DNA of 64,000 bases from an uncultured Bacteroidales bacterium (GCA_946631995.1 CAMPAQ010000017.1:16306-80305), one strand, 5' to 3'. Counted from the stretch's first letter, positions 9,951 to 20,692 are shown. Numbers and translations: made by a program. The notes: a model not told the origin generated them from the sequence alone.

Positions 9951-10321
9951 GCCAGACATACGAATTAGGCAAAAAAGGAGAGCAACTTGCCGCCGAATTC
10001 CTTCGGAAGCAGGGATATCGCATCGAGGCCGAACGCTGGAAAATGCGGCATCTTGAACTTGACCTGATTGCCATCGACCCCACAAGCGGCGAAATCGTAT
10101 TCATTGAGGTAAAGACGAGAAAATCAGCCGCATACGGAACTCCGGAACAAGCCGTCGATTACAAGAAGATGATGAACATGGTCTATGCGGCCGATGCATA
10201 TATCAAAAAATTCCGCGTAGATCGCGACTGGAGGTTCGACATCATTTCAATTATCGACAACGGCCAACAAACGCCGCACATCGAACATTTCAAAGAGGCA
10301 TTTTATCCGCCTTTGGGATAA
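9947..10321 (+). CDS. YraN-family protein (UPF0102, restriction-endonuclease-like fold)
   Basis: 124 aa; ELDLIA...FIEVKTR motif of UPF0102; start overlaps upstream stop (ATGA). Confidence 0.8.
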   Translation: MSQTYELGKKGEQLAAEFLRKQGYRIEAERWKMRHLELDLIAIDPTSGEIVFIEVKTRKSAAYGTPEQAVDYKKMMNMVYAADAYIKKFRVDRDWRFDIISIIDNGQQTPHIEHFKEAFYPPLG

Positions 10322-10384
10322 ACCGTTCTTGACCGATGCCATCTGCCAAGCATTTTCAATTGTCAACCATCATATTGTTTAGCC

Positions 10385-10978
10385 ATGATTGAATATCTGA
10401 AAGGTGAACTCACCGAACTTGAACCGACACGCGCCATCATCGAATGTGGCGGTGTGGGCTATTGCTGCAACATCTCCGTCTATACCTACGACAAGCTGAA
10501 GAAAGGCGAAGTGCAGAAATTGTATATTGCGGAGAGTATTCGCGAAGATGCGCATGTGCTTTACGGATTCATCTCAAAGCAGGAACGCGCCTTGTACGAA
10601 CTGCTCATCAGCGTCTCCGGCGTAGGTCCCGGCACCGCACGTTGCATTCTGTCAAGCCTATCCCCCGACGAACTCGTTGCAATCGTCGCATCGGCCAACG
10701 ACCGCCAATTGCGCAACGTGAAAGGTCTCGGCCCAAAAACGGCGCAACGCATCATCGTCGATTTGAAAGACAAAGTCGGCAACCTCGGCATCGCCGCAGC
10801 GACCGCCAACGACAGCGCAATTGTGGCCAGCAACAAAAATGGTGACGAGGCTGTCCAGGCGCTGGTTGCCCTGGGATATCCATTGGCCAATGCCTCAAAG
10901 GCCGTCTCGCAGCTGCTCAGCCAAGACCCGACCATGTCGGTTCAATCGCTCATCAAACAAGGCCTGCACATGATGTAA
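10385..10978 (+). CDS. ruvA: Holliday junction DNA helicase subunit RuvA
   Basis: MIEYLKGEL...GVGY...LISVSGVGPGTA...VKGLGPKTAQRI helix-hairpin-helix motifs. Confidence 0.9.
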   Translation: MIEYLKGELTELEPTRAIIECGGVGYCCNISVYTYDKLKKGEVQKLYIAESIREDAHVLYGFISKQERALYELLISVSGVGPGTARCILSSLSPDELVAIVASANDRQLRNVKGLGPKTAQRIIVDLKDKVGNLGIAAATANDSAIVASNKNGDEAVQALVALGYPLANASKAVSQLLSQDPTMSVQSLIKQGLHMM

Positions 10979-11087
10979 TAGCGTGCAGCACCATAAAGCA
11001 ATAAAAAAGATGTTTAAAACGTAATTGCGTCCGTCAGCTGGTCGATTACCTGACGGCTCTTTAGGACGTTGGCCAATGCCCATCGGA

Positions 11088-11127
11088 CAAAAATATCCCT
11101 GCTCGACTTCCGTTGTCAAGCAGGGAT
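11088..11127 (-). terminator. terminator of the WG-repeat protein gene (minus strand)
   Basis: TCCCTGCT...AGCAGGGA stem; on the minus strand it is followed by TATTTTT. Confidence 0.5.
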
Positions 11128-11154
11128 TATTGTTACTTTCTGTGGCCAATGCGG

Positions 11155-12216
11155 TTATTCGTGCGACGATACAACTGTCCACTCGCCATTCTTTCTCACA
11201 GCGACACCTTCCTCTGTGTACTTTATATCCTCGTACTCACACGGAACCAAAAACTCGCCAAGCTCGTTCATAAGTCCCCACAGAGCGTTCATACAGACAA
11301 AGAAATAGGTGTGAGTGCCATCGGCGAATACCGGAGTAATGGCATCATAAAGGGGCTGAACAACCATCGAACCGTTCTGCGCAAAGAGGGCACATTTGTC
11401 GTCTTTATGGCCAATGGCGAAGTTCGTCAAGACCGTAGGAAGAATGTCGAAATTGTCCCATTCGTTTTTCACCGTTTGCGACCACGTTTCAACATTATCG
11501 CCCTTGGTTATCAGTCCCCAACGGTATTTCTTCCCCTTTTTGAGACCCACCGCAATTGGGGCATCTCTGGCGACACACTTCACCGAGTCAAATTTGAAGA
11601 ATTCCACAGCCTTCTTCACGGCATTAACGCTTCCAATTTTGCCCTTTTTCATGTCAAACACGCCCCATTTGTGCCCCAGCCAACGTTGGATACAGACGGC
11701 ACGGGAGTTAAACATTATCATACCTGTAAGCGTGGACGCATACGGTTCTTCAAACGCCCATTTCTTGGTATTGTCATCCCAAATGGAGTAATAACCATCA
11801 GTTCCTACTGCGACCACAAATCCGTCCGCTTCCCCTCCTGGCACGCCATACAATTTCTGCGCCGCCGCATTCATCTGCATCTGTCGCTCATATTTGCCGG
11901 GCAGACTCGACAGATAACTCGACAGCACCGATGTCATCAACGAACCTGTCAGTGACGAAACGGCCGCAGCTGCAGAACCGGATGTTGACGTTGTTTTGGA
12001 CGACGCTACACCCGGAGCAACAGATTTGCTGGCGTATGGACACCCTGCATTATGTACATACGGATTTTGGCTTTTACAATAAGCACAAACTGCCTTGCTG
12101 GCCGGTGGTACACTCGCAGAACCTGCCATGCTTTTTAATTGGCCATAAGCACTCTGAGCATATACACCGTTCAACGTGACAACCGACAGGGCGAAGAATA
12201 AGACAAGTTTTTTCAT
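11155..12216 (-). CDS. secreted hypothetical protein with WG-containing repeats
   Basis: Signal peptide MKKLVLFFALSVVTLNGVYAQ; recurring KWGVFD / RWGLITKG / LWGLMNELGEFLVPCEYEDI units. No catalytic motif seen. Confidence 0.6.
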   Translation of the reverse strand: MKKLVLFFALSVVTLNGVYAQSAYGQLKSMAGSASVPPASKAVCAYCKSQNPYVHNAGCPYASKSVAPGVASSKTTSTSGSAAAAVSSLTGSLMTSVLSSYLSSLPGKYERQMQMNAAAQKLYGVPGGEADGFVVAVGTDGYYSIWDDNTKKWAFEEPYASTLTGMIMFNSRAVCIQRWLGHKWGVFDMKKGKIGSVNAVKKAVEFFKFDSVKCVARDAPIAVGLKKGKKYRWGLITKGDNVETWSQTVKNEWDNFDILPTVLTNFAIGHKDDKCALFAQNGSMVVQPLYDAITPVFADGTHTYFFVCMNALWGLMNELGEFLVPCEYEDIKYTEEGVAVRKNGEWTVVSSHE

Positions 12217-12402
12217 GTTTTTTGGGTATTACGATATTGATGACCAATGCATTTTCAGACGGAATCGATGCGCATTTCATTTGCATAATTGTCGAAGGCA
12301 ATGGATATCCGGAAGATGAATTCAAAGGGGAGCGAAAAGTAGAAGGCGGCTTGCATTAAAAAACACACGTCCCCTTCTGACCTTTTCACTCCCCTTCAAA
12401 AC

Positions 12403-13908
12403 TTACAGCGTAACGCCGTTCTTGAAGATTGAAATCTCGTGGATTCCAGCCTTCTCGTTGTGCGTCTGCTCGCCAGATGCTACACTGAGCACCTTCGATA
12501 TAAAGGCTTCAAGAGTCTCGTCCATGCTCTTGTCTTCGACAAGCACACCGGCGTTGAAGTCAATCCAAGTAGGCTTACGCTGAGCCAGACCGCTGTTGGT
12601 GCTGACCTTCATAGTAGGTACAAATGTGCCGAACGGCGTACCGCGACCAGTCGTGAAGAGCACCATCTGACAGCCTGCTGCGGCCAATGCCGTTGCTGCC
12701 ACAAGGTCGTTGCCTGGAGCTGAGAGCAGGTTCAAGCCGTTGTTCTTCAGACGCTCGCCATATTCCATAACGCCGCAGACGACGCTCTTGCCCGACTTCT
12801 GTGTGCAGCCAAGAGCCTTCTCTTCGAGGGTCGAGATACCGCCTGCCTTGTTGCCTGGACTTGGATTCTCGCCGCAAGGTTCGCCGTGGCTCAGGAAGTA
12901 GTTTTTGAAGTTATTGATGAGTGAAATCGTCTCGTCGAGCAACTGCTTGTTGCCACAACGCTCCATCAAAATTGTCTCGGCACCGAACATCTCGGGAACC
13001 TCGGTCAAGATCGTTGTGCCACCCTGCGTCTCGCACAGGAAATCAGAGAAAGCGCCCAACAACGGGTTGCCCGTAATGCCCGAGAATCCATCCGAGCCAC
13101 CACACTTCAAACCGATGCGCAGTGCCGATGCAGGACATGTCTCGCGCTTGAAGGTCTGTGCGTGCTTGACAATCTCGGTCAAAAGTTTGACGCCATACTC
13201 AACCTCGTCGCCCTCGACCTCCTGGCATACCATGAACTTGACACGATCCTTGTCGTATTGGCCACAGAACTCCTCAAACACTTTCGGCTGGTTGTTCTCG
13301 CAACCAAGACCTACGACAAGGATACCGCCAGCATTCGGATGAAGCACCATATCGCGCAGCACCTTCTTCGTGTTCTCGTGGTCTTCGCTCAACTGCGAAC
13401 AGCCATAGTTGTGCGGGAAGTCGAAGATGCCATCGACCGTGCCCATTTTACCGGCAAATGCCTCACGGGTCTTCTCGACAATCTGCTTGATGATACCGTT
13501 TACGCAACCTACGGTCGGGATGACCCACACCTCGTTGCGGATGCCGACCTGTCCGTCAGGGCGCTTGAAGCCTTCAAAAGTGTACTGCTTGCCGCTTGGC
13601 TGCTGTTGTGTAAGGCCTTTCAATTTGATGTCGCTATAGTCAAGAGTACCCGAAAGGTTTGTCTTGATATCGTCATGATTCATAAAGCTGCCCTTCTTGA
13701 CAGCGTGACGGGCATGTCCGATGGGGAAACCATACTTGATGATGTTCTCACCCTCAGCAAAGTCCTTCAGCGCACATTTGTGTCCAGCTGGGACATCGGT
13801 CAAAAGAGTAACCTGCTCACCTTCAACGTTCAGTGTGGTGCCTTTGGCCAATGGCGCAATTGCCACGAACACGTTGTCGGCAGGATTGATTTTCAGAAAT
13901 TCTTTCAT
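12403..13908 (-). CDS. uxaA: altronate dehydratase
   Basis: 501 aa, SAF N-domain plus UxaA family C-region (GLGCENNQP, KCGGSDGFSG). Confidence 0.85.
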   Translation of the reverse strand: MKEFLKINPADNVFVAIAPLAKGTTLNVEGEQVTLLTDVPAGHKCALKDFAEGENIIKYGFPIGHARHAVKKGSFMNHDDIKTNLSGTLDYSDIKLKGLTQQQPSGKQYTFEGFKRPDGQVGIRNEVWVIPTVGCVNGIIKQIVEKTREAFAGKMGTVDGIFDFPHNYGCSQLSEDHENTKKVLRDMVLHPNAGGILVVGLGCENNQPKVFEEFCGQYDKDRVKFMVCQEVEGDEVEYGVKLLTEIVKHAQTFKRETCPASALRIGLKCGGSDGFSGITGNPLLGAFSDFLCETQGGTTILTEVPEMFGAETILMERCGNKQLLDETISLINNFKNYFLSHGEPCGENPSPGNKAGGISTLEEKALGCTQKSGKSVVCGVMEYGERLKNNGLNLLSAPGNDLVAATALAAAGCQMVLFTTGRGTPFGTFVPTMKVSTNSGLAQRKPTWIDFNAGVLVEDKSMDETLEAFISKVLSVASGEQTHNEKAGIHEISIFKNGVTL

Positions 13909-13920
13909 AAGCTATGGGAG

Positions 13921-13958
13921 AATAGTTGGTGAAAATTACCCCTCCCCGAGGATTAGAG
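13921..13958 (-). terminator. terminator of uxaB between uxaB and uxaA
   Basis: CCCCTCCCC-GAGGATTAGAG-GGGGAGGGG perfect 9-bp stem; on the minus strand it is followed by GTAATTTTC. Confidence 0.55.
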
Positions 13959-13998
13959 GGGGAGGGGCAAAATGTTTTCTTGATTAAAATATATCAGA

Positions 13999-15480
13999 TT
14001 ACAGGATGCCCTTGACAGTTTCGAGCATACCCTTCTGCTGAATCTGGTTCAGGAAATCGGTCACCATGTCGGTGAGACCAGGAATCTCGTTGAGGTTCTG
14101 CTTGCTCTCCTTCCAGATGACGTCGGTAGCACCAAGAACGCCCTCTGCAACCTTGCGGGTATCGTTGGTAGCCCAAAGTTGGGTCAAGCGATCCATAATC
14201 TCCTGTGCGTCGTTTGGCTGGATAGGTGCGCCGTCGGCACGTGTGCCACCCTTATAGTAGGTGATGATTGCAGCCAGACCGAGAACCAAGCCCTTTGGCA
14301 ACTCGCCCTTGCGCTCCAGATAAATCTTCAGACCTGGCAGGTCGCGTGTCTCGAACTTCGGGAACGAGTTAAGCATGATGCTGGTAACCTGATGATCGAC
14401 GTATGGGTTGTCGAAACGCTCGAGCACATCGGCACCGAACTTCTTCAGTTCCTCCATTGGCAGGTCGAGAGTCTGCATCAACTCGTCGAACTGAACCTTC
14501 TTGATGTACTTGCCGACAATTGGATGATGGCAAGCGTCGCGAACGATATTGATGCCGCTCAAATAAGCGACAGGCGACAATACAGTGTGAGGACCGTTGA
14601 GCAAGGTTACCTTACGTGCATGGTATGGCTTCTCGCTCTCTGCAATCAGCACGTGCAGACCGGCCTTGTCAGCAGGGAATTCCTTGCGGAGGGCGGCGAT
14701 TGACATGTTCGATGGCTTCTCGATTACCCAGAGGTGGAAAATCTCGGCCTGAACCATCAGGTTGTCGGCATAACCGGCACGCTTCTGCAACTTGGCGATG
14801 TCCTTACGTGGGAAACCTGGAACGATGCGGTCAACGAGAGTAGCGCAAACATAGTTGTACTTGAGGAACCAGTTCTTGAACTTCTCGTAATCCTTACCGA
14901 AGTCATCCTTCCAAAGTTCGATATACTGCTCGATGCACTCCTTGAGGTGATGGCCATTCAAGAAAATCAACTCACAAGGCATAAGGATGAGACCCTTCTT
15001 CGGATCACCGTTGAAAGTCTTGAAACGGCGATACAGCAACTGTGTGAGTTTGCCTGGATATGATGAAGCAGGAGCATCGGTGAACTTGCAACTTGGGTCG
15101 AATGTGATACCAGCCTCAGTAGTATTAGAGATGACAAAGCGAATCTCCGGCTGCTCAGCGAGAGCCATGAAAGCGGCATTCTGTGAGTAAGGATTGAGAG
15201 CGCGGCTAATGACATCAATACGATCCAACTGATCGACCGGCTTACCGTCCTGACGACCCTGCAGATTGACATGGTAGAGACAGTCCTGGCCGTTGAGCCA
15301 TTCTACCATACCTTTTTCGATTGGCTGAACAACGACAACGCTGGCATTGAAGTCAGTTTTCTTGTTCATGTTCCAGACAATCCAATCGATAAACGCACGC
15401 AAGAAATTGCCCTCACCGAACTGAATAATCTTCTCGGGGGCTACGCTTTTAGGAGCAGTTTGTTTGTTAAGAGCTTTCAT
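13999..15480 (-). CDS. uxaB: tagaturonate reductase (altronate oxidoreductase)
   Basis: 493 aa mannitol-dehydrogenase-family fold (IIQFGEGNFLRAF N-terminal Rossmann, ESEKPYH). Confidence 0.8.
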   Translation of the reverse strand: MKALNKQTAPKSVAPEKIIQFGEGNFLRAFIDWIVWNMNKKTDFNASVVVVQPIEKGMVEWLNGQDCLYHVNLQGRQDGKPVDQLDRIDVISRALNPYSQNAAFMALAEQPEIRFVISNTTEAGITFDPSCKFTDAPASSYPGKLTQLLYRRFKTFNGDPKKGLILMPCELIFLNGHHLKECIEQYIELWKDDFGKDYEKFKNWFLKYNYVCATLVDRIVPGFPRKDIAKLQKRAGYADNLMVQAEIFHLWVIEKPSNMSIAALRKEFPADKAGLHVLIAESEKPYHARKVTLLNGPHTVLSPVAYLSGINIVRDACHHPIVGKYIKKVQFDELMQTLDLPMEELKKFGADVLERFDNPYVDHQVTSIMLNSFPKFETRDLPGLKIYLERKGELPKGLVLGLAAIITYYKGGTRADGAPIQPNDAQEIMDRLTQLWATNDTRKVAEGVLGATDVIWKESKQNLNEIPGLTDMVTDFLNQIQQKGMLETVKGIL

Positions 15481-15678
15481 GAAAAAATAAACATTTATAA
15501 AATTAGGTTATGATTATGAAATGAGAAATAGACAAAAAAATATCCCGATTCAAGGGAAATTTCCGACGGCAAAGATACGAATTATATTTTCCTACCAAAA
15601 AAAAAACAAATTATTTTGTAGGGGATTAGAAAAAAATCGTATCTTCGCCGCATGGAAATCGTAAAAATAATACTCACT

Positions 15679-15713
15679 TTTGGCAATTTAATGTCAGCAT
15701 GAGTTTAGCTTTG
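15679..15713 (+). promoter_or_regulatory. candidate uxaC-operon promoter (-7 TAGCTTTG at 15706-15713)
   Basis: TAnnTTTG match about 50 nt upstream of the uxaC ATG, within a 280-bp AT-rich divergent region shared with uxaB. Confidence 0.45.
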
Positions 15714-15762
15714 ATTTTATATCCGAAAAATACAATAAACATTAAACCCAAAGTTAATTAGA

Positions 15763-17181
15763 ATGAAAGAATTTATGGACGAGAACTTCCTGCTGCAGTC
15801 CGAGACTGCACAGAAGTTGTATCATGAGCATGCTAAAAAGATGCCGATCATTGACTATCACTGCCATTTGATTCCAAGAATGGTCGCAGAAAACAAGCGA
15901 TTTGAATCGATTGCGCAAATCTGGTTGATGGGCGATCACTACAAGTGGCGTGCTATGCGCTCTAACGGCGTTGACGAGAAGTTTTGTACGGGTTCTGACA
16001 CAACAGACTGGGAAAAATTCGAGAAATGGGCGGAGACCGTGCCATACACATTCCGCAATCCATTGTATCATTGGACTCACCTCGAATTGAAGACAGCCTT
16101 CGGCATTGACAAGCGTCTGAATCCTCAGACCGCACGCGAAATCTACGACAAGTGCAACGACCTCATTGCTAACGACCCGAAGTTCTGCCCTCGCGGACTT
16201 ATGGAGTATTATAATGTGGAAACCGTATGTACGACGGATGACCCAGCCGACTCTCTCGAATATCACAAGGCTGTAGCCGCCGACCCATCGGCCAAGACTC
16301 AGATGTTGCCTACATGGCGTCCTGACGCAGGCATGAACATCGAGGCCGCCACCTGGAAGGCATACATCGAAAAGCTCTCAACCGTAAGTGGCGTGGAAAT
16401 CAAGAAATTTGCAGACCTTGTAAATGCATTGCAGAAGCGTCACGACTTCTTTGCTTCATTGGGCTGCCGTCTCTCCGACCATGGCATCGAGGAGTTCTAC
16501 GACGAGCCATACACCGTAGCCGAGATTGACGCTATTATGGACAAGGCATTGGCCGGCAAGGCCCTCACTGTCGAGGAGCAGCGCAAGTACAAGCATGCCT
16601 ACATGCACGAGCAGGGCATCATGGACTATAACGCAGGTTGGACACAGCAGTACCACTATGGCGCTATCCGCAACAACAACAGCAAGATGTTTGCCAAGTT
16701 GGGTGCTGACACCGGTTTCGACTCAATCGGCGAATTCACAACGGCCAAGGCAATGAGCCACTTCCTCGACGAACTCAATTCAGAAGGCAAGTTGGCCAAG
16801 ACTATCCTCTACAACCTCAACCCATGCGCAAACGAGGTTATTGCTACCATGTTGGGCAACTTCCAGGATGGCAGCGTAGCTGGCAAGATCCAGTTCGGTT
16901 CGGGCTGGTGGTTCCTTGACCAGAAGGATGGCATGGAGAAGCAGATGAATGCACTCTCTCTGCTCGGTCTGCTCTCTCGTTTTGTTGGTATGCTCACTGA
17001 CAGCCGTTCATTCCTCTCCTACCCTCGTCACGAGTACTTCCGCCGTACCCTTTGCAATTTGGTCGGACAGGACATCGAAGACGGCTTGATTCCTTACACT
17101 GGCTATGAGGCAGAACGCGTCAACCAGATGATTGAGGATATCTGCTACAACAACGCAAAGAGTTTCTTCAAATTCAAGTAA
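15763..17181 (+). CDS. uxaC: glucuronate isomerase
   Basis: MKEFMDENFLL...PIIDYHCHL; UxaC family, 472 aa. Confidence 0.9.
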   Translation: MKEFMDENFLLQSETAQKLYHEHAKKMPIIDYHCHLIPRMVAENKRFESIAQIWLMGDHYKWRAMRSNGVDEKFCTGSDTTDWEKFEKWAETVPYTFRNPLYHWTHLELKTAFGIDKRLNPQTAREIYDKCNDLIANDPKFCPRGLMEYYNVETVCTTDDPADSLEYHKAVAADPSAKTQMLPTWRPDAGMNIEAATWKAYIEKLSTVSGVEIKKFADLVNALQKRHDFFASLGCRLSDHGIEEFYDEPYTVAEIDAIMDKALAGKALTVEEQRKYKHAYMHEQGIMDYNAGWTQQYHYGAIRNNNSKMFAKLGADTGFDSIGEFTTAKAMSHFLDELNSEGKLAKTILYNLNPCANEVIATMLGNFQDGSVAGKIQFGSGWWFLDQKDGMEKQMNALSLLGLLSRFVGMLTDSRSFLSYPRHEYFRRTLCNLVGQDIEDGLIPYTGYEAERVNQMIEDICYNNAKSFFKFK

Positions 17182-17279
17182 ATAAAAATAATGAATGTGT
17201 GCGAGAGGCATTATAAGTTGCCCCTCGCGCGCAATCCTTTGTATAAAAGCAAAAACTTACTTTATTAACATAAATAATC

Positions 17280-18305
17280 ATGGGAAAAATTATTACCCTT
17301 GGCGAAATTATGCTTCGCCTTTCTCCTAACGGCAACGACCGTTTTGTTCAGACCGACGTTCTCCGCATCATTCCTGGTGGCGGTGAAGCAAATGTTGCTG
17401 TCAGCTGTGCCAACTATGGCCATGAGGCTTATTTGGTAACAAAGCTGCCAAAGCATGAAATCGGTCAGATTGCCGTAAATGCATTGCGTCGTTATGGTGT
17501 TAAGACCGACTATATCGCCCGCGGCGGCGATCGTATCGGTTTGTATTATTGCGAAACCGGCGCTTCAATGCGTCCTTCAAAGGTTATTTACGATCGTGCA
17601 CACTCATCTATCGCCGAGGCTGATCCAAAGGATTTCGACTTCGATGCAATCATGGAAGGCGCAGATTGGTTCCACTGGTCTGGCATCACTCCTGCCATTT
17701 CAGATAAGGCTGCAGAGCTCACCAAACTTGCTTGCGAGGCCGCAAAGCGTCATGGTGTAACTGTATCTGTTGACTTGAACTTCCGCAAGAAGCTTTGGAC
17801 CTCAGAGAAGGCAATCTCTATCATGCGTCCATTGATGAAGTATGTTGACGTATGTATCGGCAACGAGGAGGATGCAGAACTCTGTCTGGGCTTCAAGCCT
17901 GATGCAAACGTCGAAGGTGGCGAGACCAACGCTGCCGGCTACGAGGGTATCTTCAAGGCTATGGCCAAGGAGTTCGGCTTCAAGTATGTCGTATCTACTC
18001 TCCGCGAGTCATTCAGCGCCACACACAACGGCTGGAAGGCCCTCATCTACAACGGCAAGGAGTTCTATCAGTCAAAGCGTTATGAGATCAACCCAATCAT
18101 CGACCGCGTCGGTGGTGGTGACTCTTTCTCTGGTGGCTTGATTCACGGTATGCTCAAGTATCCTAACGATCAGGCATCTGCACTTGAGTTCGCGGTTGCA
18201 GCTTCTGCCCTCAAGCACACCATCAACGGCGACTTCAACCTCGTGTCAGAAGATGAAGTTCTGAGCCTTGCAGGTGGCAATGCCAACGGTCGTGTTCAGC
18301 GTTGA
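17280..18305 (+). CDS. kdgK: 2-dehydro-3-deoxygluconokinase (PfkB family)
   Basis: 341 aa ribokinase-like fold; GGGEANVAV and DRVGGGDSF motifs. Confidence 0.85.
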   Translation: MGKIITLGEIMLRLSPNGNDRFVQTDVLRIIPGGGEANVAVSCANYGHEAYLVTKLPKHEIGQIAVNALRRYGVKTDYIARGGDRIGLYYCETGASMRPSKVIYDRAHSSIAEADPKDFDFDAIMEGADWFHWSGITPAISDKAAELTKLACEAAKRHGVTVSVDLNFRKKLWTSEKAISIMRPLMKYVDVCIGNEEDAELCLGFKPDANVEGGETNAAGYEGIFKAMAKEFGFKYVVSTLRESFSATHNGWKALIYNGKEFYQSKRYEINPIIDRVGGGDSFSGGLIHGMLKYPNDQASALEFAVAASALKHTINGDFNLVSEDEVLSLAGGNANGRVQR

Positions 18306-18335
18306 TCAAATAGAAACCATTAAAAAGTAATAATC

Positions 18336-19004
18336 GTGGCAAAATTCGATAAATTTGAGGTGATGGCCAAGATCAAGGCCGCTCCTATGGTACCTGTCTT
18401 CTACAACAAAGACGTTGAGGTATGCAAGAATGTAATTAAGGCTTGTTACGACGGTGGTGTACGCGCTTTCGAGTTCACTAACCGTGGCGACTTCGCTCAC
18501 GAAGTATTTGGCGAACTCTCAAAGTGGGTTGCCAAGGAGTGCCCAGAATTGGCTATCGGTATCGGTTCAGTAGTAGATGCTCCTACAGCTGCTCTCTACA
18601 TCCAGTTGGGTGCAAACTTCGTTGTTGGTCCATTGTTCAACCCAGACGTTGCCGTTGTCTGCAACCGTCGTTGCGTCACCTATTGCCCAGGCTGTCTCAC
18701 ACCATCGGAGATTGGCAAGGCTCAGGAGGTAGGCTGCGACTTCACCAAGGTATTCCCAGGTGATGTTGTCGGTCCGAACCTTGTCAAGGGCTTGATGGCT
18801 CCAATGCCTTGGTCGAAGATCATGGTTACCGGCGGTGTTGCTCCAGAGGCAGAGAACCTCGAAAAGTGGTTCAAGGCTGGCGTCTATTGCGTAGGCATGG
18901 GCTCTAAGCTCTTCCCGAAGGAGACCGTAGCAGCTGGCGACTGGAAGGCTATCTCTGCCAAGTGCAAGGAGTGCTTCGACGCTATCGCATCGTTCAAGAA
19001 ATAA
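18336..19004 (+). CDS. eda: KDPG / 4-hydroxy-2-oxoglutarate aldolase
   Basis: 222 aa, Eda family (VPVFY, EFTNRG, KVFPG). Confidence 0.85.
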   Translation: MAKFDKFEVMAKIKAAPMVPVFYNKDVEVCKNVIKACYDGGVRAFEFTNRGDFAHEVFGELSKWVAKECPELAIGIGSVVDAPTAALYIQLGANFVVGPLFNPDVAVVCNRRCVTYCPGCLTPSEIGKAQEVGCDFTKVFPGDVVGPNLVKGLMAPMPWSKIMVTGGVAPEAENLEKWFKAGVYCVGMGSKLFPKETVAAGDWKAISAKCKECFDAIASFKK

Positions 19005-19015
19005 ATCCCGATTGT

Positions 19016-19060
19016 CTTTCCATAGGTTCAATCCAGAGCCTATGGAAAGATGTATTTTAA
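19016..19060 (+). terminator. hairpin between eda and exuT (terminator or attenuator-like)
   Basis: CTTTCCATAGG...CCTATGGAAAG 11-bp stem followed by ATGTATTTTA. Confidence 0.4.
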
Positions 19061-19078
19061 ATCTCTAATCTATACATA

Positions 19079-20530
19079 ATGTCAACACAACAAAAACTTA
19101 TGTCGAATTGGCGTTGGTGGCTGTGCTCTCTGCTCTTTGTTGCCACTACGGTCAATTATCTGGATCGTCAGGTGCTTTCGCTCACCTACGAGGAGTTCAT
19201 CAAGCCTGAATTTCATTGGACCGATGATCACTACGGTACAATCACTTCGTTTTTCTCCATCTTCTATGCAATTGCCTGCCTTTTTGCCGGCAAGTTTGTC
19301 GATTGGATGGGTACCAAGAAGGGTTATCTGATTGCTATCTTCGTGTGGTCGGCCGGTGCATGTCTGCACGCCCTCTGCGGTTGGGCTACCACCTTCTTTG
19401 TCGATGGTGTAGATAGTGTTGCCGCCCTGCGTGCCGTTGAGGCTGGTTCGAATGCAGCATTGGCCATCGCCACAGTCTCGGTTTATCTTTTCCTCCTCTG
19501 CCGTGGTATCCTTGCTCTCGGTGAGGCCGGAAACTTCCCCGCAGCCATCAAGGTTACGGCCGAGTATTTCCCGAAGAAGGATCGCGCATTCGCCACTTCA
19601 TTGTTCAATGCAGGTGCGTCAGTAGGCGCATTGGCCGCACCCCTCTGTATCCCTGTCTTGGCCAAGTCATTTGGCTGGGAGATGGCCTTCATCATCATCG
19701 GTGCATTGGGCTTCATCTGGATGTTCTTCTGGCAGTTCATGTATGACAGGCCAGAGGAGAGCAAGCACGTGAACGAAGGCGAGTTGGAGTATATCCATCA
19801 GGATGACGCAGCAGAGCAGGCATCGGCCAAAACGGCTACCAGCGAAGAGACTTCGATTCCAATGCTGAAGTGCTTCACCTACCGTCAGACCTGGTCGTTC
19901 ATTACTGGCAAGTTCTTTACCGATGGTGTTTGGTGGTTCTTCCTCTTCTGGGCTCCATCTTACTTCCAGAACCAGTTCGGCTATAAGGCATCATCTGGCA
20001 TGGGTCAGGCCCTGATTTTTACACTCTATGCCATTGTGACCGTGTTGTCAATCTTCGGTGGTTATCTGCCAAAATTATTTGTCGTCAAGAAGGGCATGGA
20101 GCCATATTCTGGCCGTATGCTTTCGATGTTGATCTTTACTTTCTTCCCGTTGTTTGCCCTATTTGCACAGCCATTGGGTGCGAGCAGCGCATGGTGGCCT
20201 GCAATCTTCATAGGCTTGGCAGGCGCAGGTCATCAGGCTTGGTCGGCCAACTTGTTCTCGACCGTCGGTGATATGTTCCCGAAATCGACCATCGCCACAA
20301 TCACCGGCATCGGTGCTATGGCAGGCGGTATCGGCTCGATGATTATTCAGAAGGCAGCCGGAGCTCTCTTCACTCATGCCGAGGAGGCTGGTTCAGCATT
20401 CACCTTCCTGGGCTTTGAAGGCAAGCCGGCAGGCTACTTCATCATGTTCTGCTTCTGCGGTGTGGCCTATATCACTGCATGGGTAATCATGAAGGCACTT
20501 GTTCCAAAGTACAAGAAAGTTGAAGCATAA
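19079..20530 (+). CDS. exuT: MFS hexuronate transporter
   Basis: 483 aa, 12-TM MFS; N-terminal WRWWLCSLLFVATTVNYLDRQVLS typical of ExuT/GudP; last gene of the hexuronate cluster. Confidence 0.8.
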   Translation: MSTQQKLMSNWRWWLCSLLFVATTVNYLDRQVLSLTYEEFIKPEFHWTDDHYGTITSFFSIFYAIACLFAGKFVDWMGTKKGYLIAIFVWSAGACLHALCGWATTFFVDGVDSVAALRAVEAGSNAALAIATVSVYLFLLCRGILALGEAGNFPAAIKVTAEYFPKKDRAFATSLFNAGASVGALAAPLCIPVLAKSFGWEMAFIIIGALGFIWMFFWQFMYDRPEESKHVNEGELEYIHQDDAAEQASAKTATSEETSIPMLKCFTYRQTWSFITGKFFTDGVWWFFLFWAPSYFQNQFGYKASSGMGQALIFTLYAIVTVLSIFGGYLPKLFVVKKGMEPYSGRMLSMLIFTFFPLFALFAQPLGASSAWWPAIFIGLAGAGHQAWSANLFSTVGDMFPKSTIATITGIGAMAGGIGSMIIQKAAGALFTHAEEAGSAFTFLGFEGKPAGYFIMFCFCGVAYITAWVIMKALVPKYKKVEA

Positions 20531-20692
20531 GCATTGACATCGAAATGAAAAAATGTCCGGATGGCTCACAATGAGCTGTCCGGATTTTTTATGGCATTGT
20601 CGGAGGCAGCTATGGCGGCTGAAAAAAACATCATCGCAATATAATCCATCTATTTATGCAATTTTTCCATTTCAATTGTAGAGGAAAATCGC

